The notes under the pieces are model-generated. The model ran no database searches and had not been told where the DNA came from. It was given only the letters and a program-made list of their open reading frames with translations. This document shows, in pieces, positions 1 to 9,973 of a stretch of 64,000 bases of DNA (within the stretch, counting starts at the first letter, position 1; the number at the start of each line of letters is the position of its first letter). Where the stretch lies: the sequence record DRR723986_2433; one strand, written 5' to 3'. Position numbers and translations under genes: made by a program.

Positions 1-1
1 C

Positions 2-145
2 AAGTTCGTACCCATCATCATGCTGACCACTGAAACCGACGACACGCTGAAAGCACAAGGGCAGGCTGCAGGTTTGAAAGCGTGGATGGTGAAACCGTTC
101 AAGCCCGAGCAAATGCTGGCCGCAGTCAACAAGCTGGTGGCGTAA
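2..145 (+). CDS. cheY: CheY-like response regulator, C-terminal fragment (truncated by window start)
   Basis: Frame 2 reads KFVPIIMLTTETDDTLKAQGQAAGLKAWMVKPFKPEQMLAAVNKLVA*; receiver-domain IMLT and KPF motifs; upstream of STAS/cheA. Confidence 0.85.
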   Translation, partial: KFVPIIMLTTETDDTLKAQGQAAGLKAWMVKPFKPEQMLAAVNKLVA

Positions 146-170
146 CCGCCTCGCCACAGGAGGGCGAAAC

Positions 171-479
171 ATGGAACAAACTATCACCGGGCAAGCACAG
201 GTGTTGCATGTCAACACTTTGACGATTGCACAGGCCAGCAACAACCTGAATCAAATTTCTGTTGCACTGGAAGTGACCGACACAGTATTGCTGGATCTTT
301 CTGCCTGCGAAGACGTGGACACAGCGGGTCTTCAACTGCTTGCAGCAATTCGACTCGATCCGATGTTTCAAAACAGGGTGAACTGGACAGGCTGTACGGC
401 TGAGTTTTTGGCCAAGGCCGAGCGTCTCGGTTTGAGTGATTTGTTGGCACCTGGCAAGCGAGGTTCTGATGAGTACTGA
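171..479 (+). CDS. STAS-domain protein of chemotaxis cluster
   Basis: 102 aa; LDLSACEDVDTAGLQLL STAS motif; GGAGGG RBS; between cheY and cheA. Confidence 0.8.
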   Translation: MEQTITGQAQVLHVNTLTIAQASNNLNQISVALEVTDTVLLDLSACEDVDTAGLQLLAAIRLDPMFQNRVNWTGCTAEFLAKAERLGLSDLLAPGKRGSDEY

Positions 480-2466
480 GATTGATCTGGATTCCATCAA
501 GAGTGTGTTTTTCACAGAGGCTTACCAGTTGTTGGCCGATGTTGAAAACCTGATTCTTCAGTTGGAAAAAAGCCCTGAAGACCTGGAGTTGCTCAATGCT
601 GCATTTCGTGCAATACACACCATAAAAGGCAGTGCAGGTGTGTTCGGTTTCGCAAACATCACTCACTTTGTTCACGACCTTGAAACCGTGCTGGATCGCG
701 TGCGCAATCAGGAGCTTCAATTTAATTCCGCCATGGGTAATTTGGTGCTGGCCTGTTGTGATCAGGTTCATACCTTGGTTGAAAGTTTGGAAAGTGGCGT
801 GAATGCAATGGATCTGGATGAGGTCAGTGTGGCTGAGCAAACAAGGCTGACCGCGCAATTGAAGGCATATTTGTTGCCTGAGCAGGAAGGCCTGGAGCCA
901 GAAAGTTCAGGCGAGTGGCTAATTCAGGTTGAGCTTGGCCTGGATACCTTCCGCGACGGTTTTGATCCGTATTCGATTTTCAGCTACCTTGCAAAATCAG
1001 GGCAGTTCAAGTCGATGGAACCTCAGTTTCAACGCATTCCCAAACTCGGTGAGTTTGATCCCGAATCATGTTTTCTGGGCTTTAAAGCACACTATGAAAC
1101 TGATCAAACGCAAGCCGACATTCTCGATGCGTTTGAGTTCTTGCCCGATGAATGCAAGGTATCGGTTTCGCCGGTTCAGGCCCTCGCTACATCGACTAAC
1201 GCCACGGTTGTAAACACCCCGGGCAGAGTTATTGCAGAACCAGCGCACGACATAAAAACTGCGACGAAGAAAGCGCCAGTGAAAGCAGCAACATCGACCA
1301 TTCGGGTGCAGTCAGACAAACTGGATGCACTCATTAACTTGGTGGGCGAGTTGGTGATCGCCAACGCAGGAACAGTTGAGCAAGCCAGAAGATCACAAAA
1401 CTTTGCCTTGCTGGAAGCCACTTGCGCTGTTGGCGCCCTGATCGAAGAAATTCGCGATGGTGCCTTGGGTTTGCGCATGGTTGAAATTGGCGAGTGTTTT
1501 CAACGATTCCAGCGTGTGGTGCGTGATACTGCGCAAGCCTTGGGTAAAGAGGTCGACCTGATTATTCAGGGTGAGGAAACTGAGCTGGATAAATCAGTGG
1601 TAGAGAAGATCAGTGATCCATTGATGCACTTGGTTCGAAACGCCATGGACCATGGGCTTGAAACACCCGATGAACGTCTGAAAGCAGGCAAAAAAGACAA
1701 AGCCAGGCTGACTCTGAATGCCTATCATGATGGCGGTCATATCGTGATTGAAGTCACTGACAATGGGCGAGGTTTGGTGCATGAAAAAATTCGCGCCAAG
1801 GCAATCGAGAAGGGCATTGTGTCCCCCACACAGGCGCTGAGTGAATCGGACATCAATATGTTGATTTTCGCTCCGGGTTTTTCAACTGCCGCAGCGGTCA
1901 CTGATATTTCTGGCCGTGGTGTTGGCATGGATGTGGTCAAGCGGAATATTGAAGCGTTGCGCGGCACGGTGAATGTACGCTCCAAGGAGGGGATAGGTAC
2001 TACTTTTGAAATTCGTCTTCCGTTGACGCTCGCCATTATTGATGGTTTTCAGATCGCGGTTGGCCATAGTGTCTATGTTATTCCTTTGGCCTATGTGCGC
2101 GAATGCGTGGAGCTGACTGGCCAAGGCAGCAATAGCGATGCCTTGGATTTGAGTTACGACCTTCGTGGGGAATACTTGCCCTGCATTCGCCTGCGAAAGG
2201 TATTTGGTGAAACAAGCGACAAACCCAAGCGCGAGAACATCATTGTGGTAAGTCATGGCGGCATGAAAGTGGGCATTGTGGCTGACCGTTTGTTGGGTGA
2301 ATCACAAACTGTAATCAAGCCTTTGGGTGGTTTGTTCGAAGGCAACCCCGCTGTGAGCGGCGGCACGATCATGGGCAACGGTGAAGTGGCGCTGATCGTG
2401 GACATTCCAAAACTGGTGGGTGAGGTGGGGCAATCCATCACGCGAAGCTTTATGGCCAAACACTGA
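469..2466 (+). CDS. cheA: Chemotaxis histidine kinase CheA
   Basis: HPt AFRAIHTIKGSAG, dimerisation LINLVGELVI, HATPase HLVRNAMDHG / DNGRG / GFST / GRGVGMDVV, C-terminal CheW domain; start placed at ATG 469 (MSTEIDLD). Confidence 0.95.
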   Translation: MSTEIDLDSIKSVFFTEAYQLLADVENLILQLEKSPEDLELLNAAFRAIHTIKGSAGVFGFANITHFVHDLETVLDRVRNQELQFNSAMGNLVLACCDQVHTLVESLESGVNAMDLDEVSVAEQTRLTAQLKAYLLPEQEGLEPESSGEWLIQVELGLDTFRDGFDPYSIFSYLAKSGQFKSMEPQFQRIPKLGEFDPESCFLGFKAHYETDQTQADILDAFEFLPDECKVSVSPVQALATSTNATVVNTPGRVIAEPAHDIKTATKKAPVKAATSTIRVQSDKLDALINLVGELVIANAGTVEQARRSQNFALLEATCAVGALIEEIRDGALGLRMVEIGECFQRFQRVVRDTAQALGKEVDLIIQGEETELDKSVVEKISDPLMHLVRNAMDHGLETPDERLKAGKKDKARLTLNAYHDGGHIVIEVTDNGRGLVHEKIRAKAIEKGIVSPTQALSESDINMLIFAPGFSTAAAVTDISGRGVGMDVVKRNIEALRGTVNVRSKEGIGTTFEIRLPLTLAIIDGFQIAVGHSVYVIPLAYVRECVELTGQGSNSDALDLSYDLRGEYLPCIRLRKVFGETSDKPKRENIIVVSHGGMKVGIVADRLLGESQTVIKPLGGLFEGNPAVSGGTIMGNGEVALIVDIPKLVGEVGQSITRSFMAKH

Positions 2467-2482
2467 ATTTAAAGGACAAGCG

Positions 2483-2989
2483 ATGAACGCAGAAATCAAG
2501 CAGTACCTGACTTTTCAGGTGAACCAACAGAAACTGGGCGTGGAAATTTTGCGCGTCAAGGAAATTATTGAACACGGCAATATTACCTTGGTGCCCATGA
2601 TGCAGGCCTGCATCAGCGGCGTGATTAATTTGCGCGGTGCCGTGGTTCCAGTAATCGATTTGTCATCGCGATTTGGGCAAGGCAAAACCTCGGTGAATCG
2701 CCGCACCTGTATTGTGATTCTCGAATCGAGCGTACAGGACGAATCACAAGTGATTGGTTTCATGGTAGATGCAGTCAACGCCGTAGTTGATGTGTCTAGC
2801 GACTCTGTGAATCCTCCGCCGCAGTTTGGTGCGGGCGTAAATACTGACTTTTTGAAAGGTGTTGGACGAGTGGGTGAGGAGTTTGTGCTACTTTTGAACG
2901 TGGAGCGCTTGATGGACTTTAATATTGATCAGGACGCGTTAACGCAGGCATCTGCCGGCATCGACGAAGATGTGACTGCCAGTGTCTAA
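2483..2989 (+). CDS. cheW: Chemotaxis coupling protein CheW
   Basis: QYLTF...VKEII...GVINLRGAVVPVIDL; AAGGA RBS before ATG 2483. Confidence 0.93.
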   Translation: MNAEIKQYLTFQVNQQKLGVEILRVKEIIEHGNITLVPMMQACISGVINLRGAVVPVIDLSSRFGQGKTSVNRRTCIVILESSVQDESQVIGFMVDAVNAVVDVSSDSVNPPPQFGAGVNTDFLKGVGRVGEEFVLLLNVERLMDFNIDQDALTQASAGIDEDVTASV

Positions 2990-3009
2990 CCTATTTCGGA
3001 AGTCTGTGC

Positions 3010-3702
3010 ATGAAACGAGTTGCAACATGTGCCTTGTTGATGTTTGCCACTATGCAATTGGCGCAAGCCGGTCGCCCCATTGAAACTGACGACGCGTCGG
3101 TGACTGCCCATCGAACCTGCCAGCTTGATTTTTGGACAGAAACATCGTTGGAGGTTCGACAGGACAATTTCAATGGGGGCTGTAATTTTTTGGGCAATGG
3201 TGAGTTTAGCCTCGGGCTTGGTGCCGTACATGGCAATCAGGAAGATCAAACTCTGAGTTCCCTCGGTTACAAGCACATTTTCAAACACTTCACTGACAGC
3301 ACTGCGGGGTATGGTCTGGCGGCCAGCAGAGAGTGGGGGCGCCTGAAGTCTACCGATGAGTCTTCACAAGAAACACTGTTGACCACGATTGCGTCTGTGC
3401 CTTTGAGGGGCGAGGATTTACTGCTTCACCTGAATCTTGGCTATTTGCAATACAGAGATCAAATTCAAAGCGACAACAGTGTTTTCAAGGCAGCGGCGCT
3501 GGATTACTCATTCAATGAGCGTATCGGGTTTTCTGTCGAAACATTCTCAGGTGTTGAGGACAGTTTGAGTTGGCGAGTCGGCGCCCGGTACACCCTGATC
3601 CCTGATTTTTTGCAAATCGACGCAAGTTATGGCAGTGATTACGGCACTTTCCAGGGTGCAAGGGCATTTACCGTGGGTTTTGGGATCACCCCAGGTTTCT
3701 GA
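3010..3702 (+). CDS. Putative outer-membrane beta-barrel protein of unknown function
   Basis: Signal peptide ending AQA, amphipathic beta-strand pattern, C-terminal Phe (FTVGFGITPGF). Confidence 0.55.
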   Translation: MKRVATCALLMFATMQLAQAGRPIETDDASVTAHRTCQLDFWTETSLEVRQDNFNGGCNFLGNGEFSLGLGAVHGNQEDQTLSSLGYKHIFKHFTDSTAGYGLAASREWGRLKSTDESSQETLLTTIASVPLRGEDLLLHLNLGYLQYRDQIQSDNSVFKAAALDYSFNERIGFSVETFSGVEDSLSWRVGARYTLIPDFLQIDASYGSDYGTFQGARAFTVGFGITPGF

Positions 3703-3707
3703 CACTT

Positions 3708-4517
3708 TCAGGTATTCTTGATCACCATCAAAATTGCAACCACAACACACATCGCACCAAATGCCTTTTTTAACTGGGCACTTGGCATTTTGTTTGAAAT
3801 CAACCGGCCACCCAACATGCCACTCAGCGCGGCAGCAGCAAAAGTAATACCCACTTCATAATTGAATGCACCGGCGTTTGCGCTGTTCAGCACTCCGAAT
3901 GTCGACACAATTGCGATCACTGCCAAGGAGGTCACGGTGACTGACTGCACGCTTAAGTTGGTAAAACGCTGCAGGGCAGGTACCAACACAAAACCTCCGC
4001 CCACGCCCAGTAAACCGGACAGAAAACCTGCCACTGCACCTGAGAAAACAAGGGCTCGAGCGCATGGCCAGGTCCAGATAAACCGCCCGGTCTCGGGGCT
4101 GCGGATACAGGGACATTTGCTTTTTTCAGAATCAGGCGGTGCGTCAATTACATTCATTTCAGAATTGGCTGCACCCCGAAACGCATTGAATGCAACCCAC
4201 AGCAGCACTACCGCGAAGGCCAGCCCCAATGCCTGTGTGTCGACTTGTTGGGCCACCCAAAAACCTACAGGCGAGAGGAGCAAGCCCACAAAACCCATCA
4301 GGGCCGCTGCTTTGTAGCGAACCTCACCCGCACGTAAACCCAGCACTGCACCTAGCGTGGCGGCAAGGCCCACGGCCAGCAGGCCAATTGGTGATACTTC
4401 TTGCACAGGCAGGCCCGTGGTAAAAACCAGCAAAGGCACAGCCAGCACACCACCGCCTGCGCCAGTCAGTGCCATGACCAAACCTACTAAAAGCCCCAAA
4501 GCCAAGGTACCAATCAT
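3708..4517 (-). CDS. TauE/SafE (TSUP) family sulfur-compound exporter
   Basis: Two repeats GLVMALTGAGGGVLAVP and GFLSGLLGVGGGFVLVP, about 8 TM segments; start taken at MIGTLALG. Confidence 0.88.
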   Translation of the reverse strand: MIGTLALGLLVGLVMALTGAGGGVLAVPLLVFTTGLPVQEVSPIGLLAVGLAATLGAVLGLRAGEVRYKAAALMGFVGLLLSPVGFWVAQQVDTQALGLAFAVVLLWVAFNAFRGAANSEMNVIDAPPDSEKSKCPCIRSPETGRFIWTWPCARALVFSGAVAGFLSGLLGVGGGFVLVPALQRFTNLSVQSVTVTSLAVIAIVSTFGVLNSANAGAFNYEVGITFAAAALSGMLGGRLISNKMPSAQLKKAFGAMCVVVAILMVIKNT

Positions 4518-4626
4518 GCAATTGCCTGTTTTAAAAATGTTCTCGGAATGCGTTGAATGTTGAACATATTGCCAGTGTGTCCCTGAGTATCGTGCGGCAG
4601 GCGACAAGAACAAGAGAAGGGTCTAT

Positions 4627-4648
4627 TATATGCGTGTTTGCGCATATA
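4627..4648. promoter_or_regulatory. Perfect 8-6-8 inverted repeat TATATGCG-N6-CGCATATA, candidate repressor operator
   Basis: Seen directly; overlaps a TATTAT -10-like hexamer and ends 20 bp before the dioxygenase start, in the divergent tauE/pdo spacer. Confidence 0.55.
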
Positions 4649-4668
4649 TAAGGTATTGAGGTTAGAGA

Positions 4669-5418
4669 ATGATTTTCAAGCAGCTTTTTGAGCCTGTCTC
4701 CAGCACATACACCTACCTCGTGGGTTGCGAGCAAACAGGTCAGGCCATTTTGATTGATCCTGTTGTCTCGGTGATGGACCGCGACCTCGCCATATTGAAT
4801 GAGCTCGGTTTAAAACTGGCCTACACCCTGGACACACACATTCATGCAGATCACATTACCGCTGCGCTTGAATTGAAACGAAAGGTAGGTAGCAAAATCG
4901 CAGCGCCTGCCTTTGACCGCCTGCCATGCACTGACCATGCGATAGAGGAGGGGAAACCATTTGTTGTGGGCACTGTGCGAATTGATCCCCTGCACACACC
5001 TGGTCATACGGATGGTCACTTTTCTTATCACCTTGGAGAGCGGGTATTTACTGGCGATGCTTTGCTGATTGATGGTTGTGGCAGAACTGATTTTCAGAAC
5101 GGGGATGCCCCCACATTGTATAAAAGTGTCAAAGAGAAACTTTTCCGCCTGCCAGAAGATACTTTGGTGTATCCCGGACACGATTATCAAAATCGACGTG
5201 TTTCTTCGATAGGGCAAGAGAAAAACCGAAACCCTCGCCTGGGTGAGCAAAAAACTCTTCAGGAGTTTATCGAGATCATGCGTAATCTGAATTTGCCTTA
5301 TCCCAAATTTATTGATTATGCGGTGCCAGGCAATCGTCTGTGTGGGGTTTGTCCCAGCCATTTGCCTGAAGAGCTTGAAATCTATTGTCAACAGATTACA
5401 GAAAGTAAACAGGGGTGA
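4669..5418 (+). CDS. ETHE1-type persulfide dioxygenase (MBL fold)
   Basis: THIHADH, TPGHT, TGDALLIDGCGRTDF, YPGHDY and C-terminal VPGNRLCG; divergent from a TauE exporter. Confidence 0.85.
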   Translation: MIFKQLFEPVSSTYTYLVGCEQTGQAILIDPVVSVMDRDLAILNELGLKLAYTLDTHIHADHITAALELKRKVGSKIAAPAFDRLPCTDHAIEEGKPFVVGTVRIDPLHTPGHTDGHFSYHLGERVFTGDALLIDGCGRTDFQNGDAPTLYKSVKEKLFRLPEDTLVYPGHDYQNRRVSSIGQEKNRNPRLGEQKTLQEFIEIMRNLNLPYPKFIDYAVPGNRLCGVCPSHLPEELEIYCQQITESKQG

Positions 5419-5505
5419 TTCAATGATTGACTTGTTCGTTGGTGGGTGTATTTGATATGAATTACCTTGTATGCTCTCGTTTTGCACTCTGATTTTTCAC
5501 ATCGA

Positions 5506-6099
5506 ATGTTATTGAATCACGAATCCAGTCAACTTGTTCTAATCGATTATCAAGAAAAACTGATGCCGGCCATTCACCAGGCCGATGATGTTTATAAAAA
5601 TGCCCTGATATTGGCCACCTTGGCCAAAAAGCTGCGTGTACCAGTTTTTGGTACCGAGCATATGCCCGACAAAATTGGTCCTTTTGTACCCGCTCTGGGT
5701 GCCCTGTGCAAAGCCACCATGCGCAAAACACACTTCAGCGCTTGCCCGGAAGGTTTGCTTGATTTGTTAACCAGCAAGGCGCCCGCAGGCAATGCGCGCA
5801 GTTTACCGAAGCATTTGCAAAAGAATAATCAGGAATCGGAGAGATCCAGTATTGTCATTGCAGGTGTTGAGGCCCATGTTTGTTTACTCCAAACCGCGCT
5901 CGATTTATTGAATGAAGAAATGGAAGTCTGGGTGGTTACCGATGCTTGCGGCTCTAGAACCGAAAGAAATCGGGATGCAGCTTTTGATCGCTTGGCAGGT
6001 AATGGCGCCGAATTGGTAACTACTGAAATGGTGGTTTTTGAGTGGTTGGAAAGTGCAGAAAATGAGCATTTCAAATTTGCACTTGACCTCATTAAGTAA
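5506..6099 (+). CDS. Isochorismatase-family cysteine hydrolase
   Basis: LVLIDYQEKL, KTHFSAC, GVEAHVCLLQT, VVTDACGSR, TTEMVVFEWL. Confidence 0.88.
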   Translation: MLLNHESSQLVLIDYQEKLMPAIHQADDVYKNALILATLAKKLRVPVFGTEHMPDKIGPFVPALGALCKATMRKTHFSACPEGLLDLLTSKAPAGNARSLPKHLQKNNQESERSSIVIAGVEAHVCLLQTALDLLNEEMEVWVVTDACGSRTERNRDAAFDRLAGNGAELVTTEMVVFEWLESAENEHFKFALDLIK

Positions 6100-6186
6100 T
6101 CAATTTAATTTCACGTTTGTGATTAATAATAAATTTAATTACAATCGGGCTTGTTAATGAATTTTTTGAAAAAGTAAAAAGTAAAA

Positions 6187-6516
6187 ATGAAAAAACTAAA
6201 CTTATCTGCTTTAAGTGCTTCTGAGCTTCAGCAATTGAAGTCAGACATTGAAAAAGAATTGAATGACCGCAGTTCCAAATTACAAGCCATTGAAGAAGTC
6301 AAGAAGCTAGCTGCTTCAAAAGGTTTGAAGCTCGAAGAGTTGTTTGCTGAACTGGGTGGATCCAAACCCAAAGGCAAACGTGAATTGGGCCCAGCGCCGG
6401 TGCGTTTCCGTCACCCACAAGATTCTTCACTCACTTGGTCCGGACGTGGCAAGCGCCCGAACTGGATGAAAGAAGCCATGGCCAAAGGCATGACGGAAGA
6501 CCAAATGCGTGTCTGA
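6187..6516 (+). CDS. hns: H-NS family nucleoid-associated protein
   Basis: Coiled-coil N-terminus and TWSGRGKRPNW DNA-binding motif; very AT-rich upstream region. Confidence 0.88.
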   Translation: MKKLNLSALSASELQQLKSDIEKELNDRSSKLQAIEEVKKLAASKGLKLEELFAELGGSKPKGKRELGPAPVRFRHPQDSSLTWSGRGKRPNWMKEAMAKGMTEDQMRV

Positions 6517-6530
6517 TGTTGTTGAGAACA

Positions 6531-6566
6531 TAAAAAAGCCGCTGGCACTCACCAGCGGCTTTTTTA
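6531..6566. terminator. Bidirectional rho-independent terminator
   Basis: TAAAAAAGCCGCTGG-CACTCA-CCAGCGGCTTTTTTA between convergent hns and metZ. Confidence 0.9.
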
Positions 6567-6587
6567 TTGGGCACTTGGCTCGATTAG

Positions 6588-7802
6588 TTACTCGCCCAAG
6601 CCGCGAGCCAAATCTTTCTTCAAGTCAGCCACATCTTCCAGGCCAATCGCCAAACGAATAAGGCCTTGCTTGATGCCCGCTGCTTCGCGCGCTTCAGCAC
6701 TGAGGCGCCCATGGGTTGTTGTGCCAGGGTGGGTAATGGTGGTTCGGGTGTCGCCCAGGTTGGCCGTAATCGACATCAGTTGACTGTTGTCGATCACATG
6801 CCAGGCCTTGGTGCGTGCGTCGTCCTCGTTGGCGGCTTTTACTTCAAACGACACAATTGCCCCCCCGGTTTTTTGTTGCCTCATGGCCAGTTCATGCTGC
6901 GGGTGGCTCTTCAGCCCCGGGTAGTATACTTTGCTCACGGCAGGGTGTGCTTCCAGCCAGGTGGCAATGTCGAGAGCCGCCGCCGACTGCGCCAGCATGC
7001 GAATATTCAGCGTTTCAAGGCCTTTGAGCAACACCCAGGCGTTGAAAGCAGACAACGTAGGACCCGCCGTGCGCAGCACGGGCAGAATCTTGTCTTTCAG
7101 CAAGTCCTTGGGACCGCAAATCGCACCCCCCAATACTCGGCCCTGACCATCGAGATATTTGGTCGCGGAGTGAATGATGATTTCAGTACCGAAATCGACC
7201 GGCTTTTGTAAAGCGGGTGTACAAAAGCAATTGTCCACGACGTTGTAAATGCCGTGTTTTTTTGCCAGATCGCTTAACCCCCTCATGTCAAGAATTTCGG
7301 TGAGCGGGTTCGACGGTGTTTCGCTGTAAAACAGTTTCGTGTTGGGTTTGATCGCCTTTTCCCAAGCTTCAATACTCGTACCGTCCACGAAGGTGGTTTC
7401 AATTCCAAAGCGGGCGAGAATATTCACGAACAGCTGCACAGTGGCGCCAAACAAAGCTTTTGAAGCAATGATATGGTCGCCGGCATTCAGCAAGCCCATA
7501 CAAGCCGTGGTGATGGCCGCCATGCCGCTGGACGTGGCCAGGCAGTATTCCGTGTCTTCAAGCACAGCCAAGCGCTGTTCAAACATTTGCACGCTGGGGT
7601 TGGTAAAGCGCGCGTACACATTGCCTTCCTCGGTGCCCGCAAAGCGGGCAGCGGCTTGGGCCGCACTGTCAAACACGAAGCTTGATGTTAAAAACATCGC
7701 CTCCGAATGTTCGCCAAATTCAGTGCGGTGGCTGCCTGCCCGAATTGCTTTGGTAGCGGTGGCCCAGTCGGCCGGGTTTGCCTTGGGTTTGTTGTTGCTC
7801 AT
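6588..7802 (-). CDS. metZ: O-succinylhomoserine sulfhydrylase
   Basis: [24 protein letters not shown]-lysine motif [17 protein letters not shown]. Confidence 0.92.
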   Translation of the reverse strand: MSNNKPKANPADWATATKAIRAGSHRTEFGEHSEAMFLTSSFVFDSAAQAAARFAGTEEGNVYARFTNPSVQMFEQRLAVLEDTEYCLATSSGMAAITTACMGLLNAGDHIIASKALFGATVQLFVNILARFGIETTFVDGTSIEAWEKAIKPNTKLFYSETPSNPLTEILDMRGLSDLAKKHGIYNVVDNCFCTPALQKPVDFGTEIIIHSATKYLDGQGRVLGGAICGPKDLLKDKILPVLRTAGPTLSAFNAWVLLKGLETLNIRMLAQSAAALDIATWLEAHPAVSKVYYPGLKSHPQHELAMRQQKTGGAIVSFEVKAANEDDARTKAWHVIDNSQLMSITANLGDTRTTITHPGTTTHGRLSAEAREAAGIKQGLIRLAIGLEDVADLKKDLARGLGE

Positions 7803-9220
7803 GATTGCAGTCCTTGCGCAATTCGAGTTTGTACAGTGTGTTTGCCCAATAAACTCATGACCTTGTCAATTGAAGGCGTTTGCGTAATGCCGGTCAACAT
7901 CAAGCGCAGCGGCATTGCAAGCTTCGGCATTTTCAGGCCATGGTTTTTAATCGTGGTTTTCACCAAACCATTCAGTGCTTCCACGTTCCATTCCACGCCG
8001 TTCAGGCCCTCATTGAAATCGACCAGTGCCGCGCGTACACCTGCTTCGTTCAGCATGGGTGCCAGTTCGTCCGCGTTCACCTGTGGCACTTTGTAAAACA
8101 GCGCTGCCTCATCGCGCAATTGCACCAAGGTGGAAGCGCGCTCCAGCACCACATCCAGCACATCAGCCAATTTGGGACCCTCATCTGTACTCACACCATC
8201 CTTTTCAAGGCGGGTTTGCAAATCCGACAGCAGCAGTTCTTTCGGGGCCTGTTTCATGTAGTGGGCATTCACCCACTTCAGCTTTTCCGGGTCAAATTGG
8301 GCGGCCGATTTCGACAGATTGGTCGAATCAAACCACTCGACCAATTGCTCACGGCTGAACAGTTCGTCGTCACCATGGCTCCAACCCAAACGGGCCAGAT
8401 AATTGATCATGGCATCCGGCAAAAATCCTTCCTCGTGATATTGCACCACACTCACCGCACCGTGCCGCTTGGACAGCTTTTCGCCATCCGGCCCCAGAAT
8501 CATGGGGATATGGCCATAAATGGGTTGCTCGCCGCCCAGTGCCTTCAAAATATTGATTTGGCGCGGGGTGTTGTTGATGTGGTCATCGCCGCGAATCACA
8601 TGAGTAATTTTCATTTCCCAATCATCGACCACCACACAAAAGTTGTACGTGGGCGTGCCATCCTGACGGGCGATAATCAGGTCGTCCATTTCCTCGTTGT
8701 TGATTGAAATGGGGCCTTTCACCAGGTCGTCCCAGCTCACTGCGCCGCTCAACGGGTTCTTGAAACGCACCACCGGCTTGACCCCCGCCGGTGGAGTGGG
8801 CAGCACTTTGCCTGCCTCGGGGCGCCAGGTGCCGTCATAACGAATACGTTGCCCATTTTCCCGTTGCTTTTCACGCATTTGATTCAATTCTTCTTGCGTA
8901 CAGTAGCAAAGGTAGGCGTCGCCTTTTTCAAGCAGTTTGTCGATCATGGCCTGGTAGCGGTCCATGCGCTGCATTTGGAAAAACGGACCTTCATCATAAT
9001 CCAGGTTCAACCAGGCCATGCCATCCATGATGGCCTGCACAGCCTCTGGTGTGGATCGTTCAACATCGGTGTCTTCCACACGAAGAATGAATTGCCCCTT
9101 GTGATGGCGGGCAAAAGCCCAGCTGTACAAGGCGGTTCTGGCACCACCCAAATGCAAATAGCCGGTTGGGCTAGGGGCAAAGCGGGTGCGGACTGTTTGA
9201 TTTTGGCGATCTGTTGACAT
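7799..9220 (-). CDS. gltX: Glutamate--tRNA ligase
   Basis: [14 protein letters not shown] (HIGH), KLSKR (KMSKS), IRGDDH. Confidence 0.96.
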   Translation of the reverse strand: MSTDRQNQTVRTRFAPSPTGYLHLGGARTALYSWAFARHHKGQFILRVEDTDVERSTPEAVQAIMDGMAWLNLDYDEGPFFQMQRMDRYQAMIDKLLEKGDAYLCYCTQEELNQMREKQRENGQRIRYDGTWRPEAGKVLPTPPAGVKPVVRFKNPLSGAVSWDDLVKGPISINNEEMDDLIIARQDGTPTYNFCVVVDDWEMKITHVIRGDDHINNTPRQINILKALGGEQPIYGHIPMILGPDGEKLSKRHGAVSVVQYHEEGFLPDAMINYLARLGWSHGDDELFSREQLVEWFDSTNLSKSAAQFDPEKLKWVNAHYMKQAPKELLLSDLQTRLEKDGVSTDEGPKLADVLDVVLERASTLVQLRDEAALFYKVPQVNADELAPMLNEAGVRAALVDFNEGLNGVEWNVEALNGLVKTTIKNHGLKMPKLAMPLRLMLTGITQTPSIDKVMSLLGKHTVQTRIAQGLQS

Positions 9221-9291
9221 GGATTAGTGACTTTTTTTCAAAGAACTCATATTATAAGTTCAAGTAAATTCTTAGGTTGCGGCAATCAGTT

Positions 9292-9933
9292 ATGGCAATA
9301 CACAATTTCGACCGACGTTCATTCATCAAAGCAGTAAGCACTTTGGCTGTCATTGGCTCGGTAGAACCCTTTTTGAACCGGGGTGTATTCGCCGCGGGTT
9401 CCGATCTCGTCCCACCCCCTGATCTTTTCGATCCGGGCCTGGTTGACCTTACCTTTTGGCTGCAACCGCGCACACTTGAAATGGTACGCCCACAATCGGG
9501 CGAGCGCTTGAACATTACCTACTGGAAAGACGGACATCTTAACCCAATCGCCTATGAGCAGATTTGTGGTTTGCTTCGAGATGTGCAAGCAAATCAGGTT
9601 TTCCGCATGGACACCCAAATAATTGACACCCTCTGGGCTGCACAGGCTTTTGTGCGCCGTTACGGTTTTGTGGCTCCGGTTGAAATCACCTCTGGTTATC
9701 GCAGCCCGAAAACCAATGCGCGTCTCATTGAACAAGGTTTGCCAGCCGCCCGCAATTCCCTGCACTTGAAAGGTCAGGCCGTGGATTTTCGACTGCCAGG
9801 TCTTCATCCCAAAGTGCTGGGTGAACTGGTGGAGGGTTTCCGCGCAGGTGGTGTGGGCTTCTATTTCCGCGTGGGTTCAAAAGGTGGCTGGATTCACGCT
9901 GACACTGGTCCGGAGCGTGTCTGGCGTGGTTAA
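9292..9933 (+). CDS. YcbK/DUF882 (MepK-like) M15 peptidoglycan peptidase, Tat-exported
   Basis: Twin-arginine DRRSFIK, SGYRS, SLHLKGQAVD, WIHAD Zn ligands. Confidence 0.85.
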   Translation: MAIHNFDRRSFIKAVSTLAVIGSVEPFLNRGVFAAGSDLVPPPDLFDPGLVDLTFWLQPRTLEMVRPQSGERLNITYWKDGHLNPIAYEQICGLLRDVQANQVFRMDTQIIDTLWAAQAFVRRYGFVAPVEITSGYRSPKTNARLIEQGLPAARNSLHLKGQAVDFRLPGLHPKVLGELVEGFRAGGVGFYFRVGSKGGWIHADTGPERVWRG

Positions 9934-9973
9934 ATAAGGCCATCTAAAAAAACAACAGTGCGAGGGTGGTTTT

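Noticed and set aside
7880-8707. Long antisense/alternate-frame ORFs (e.g. 7880-8707, 12103-12978, 13543-14358, 40456-41289, 62679-63572)
   Set aside because: They shadow well-supported genes on the opposite strand and show no recognisable motifs
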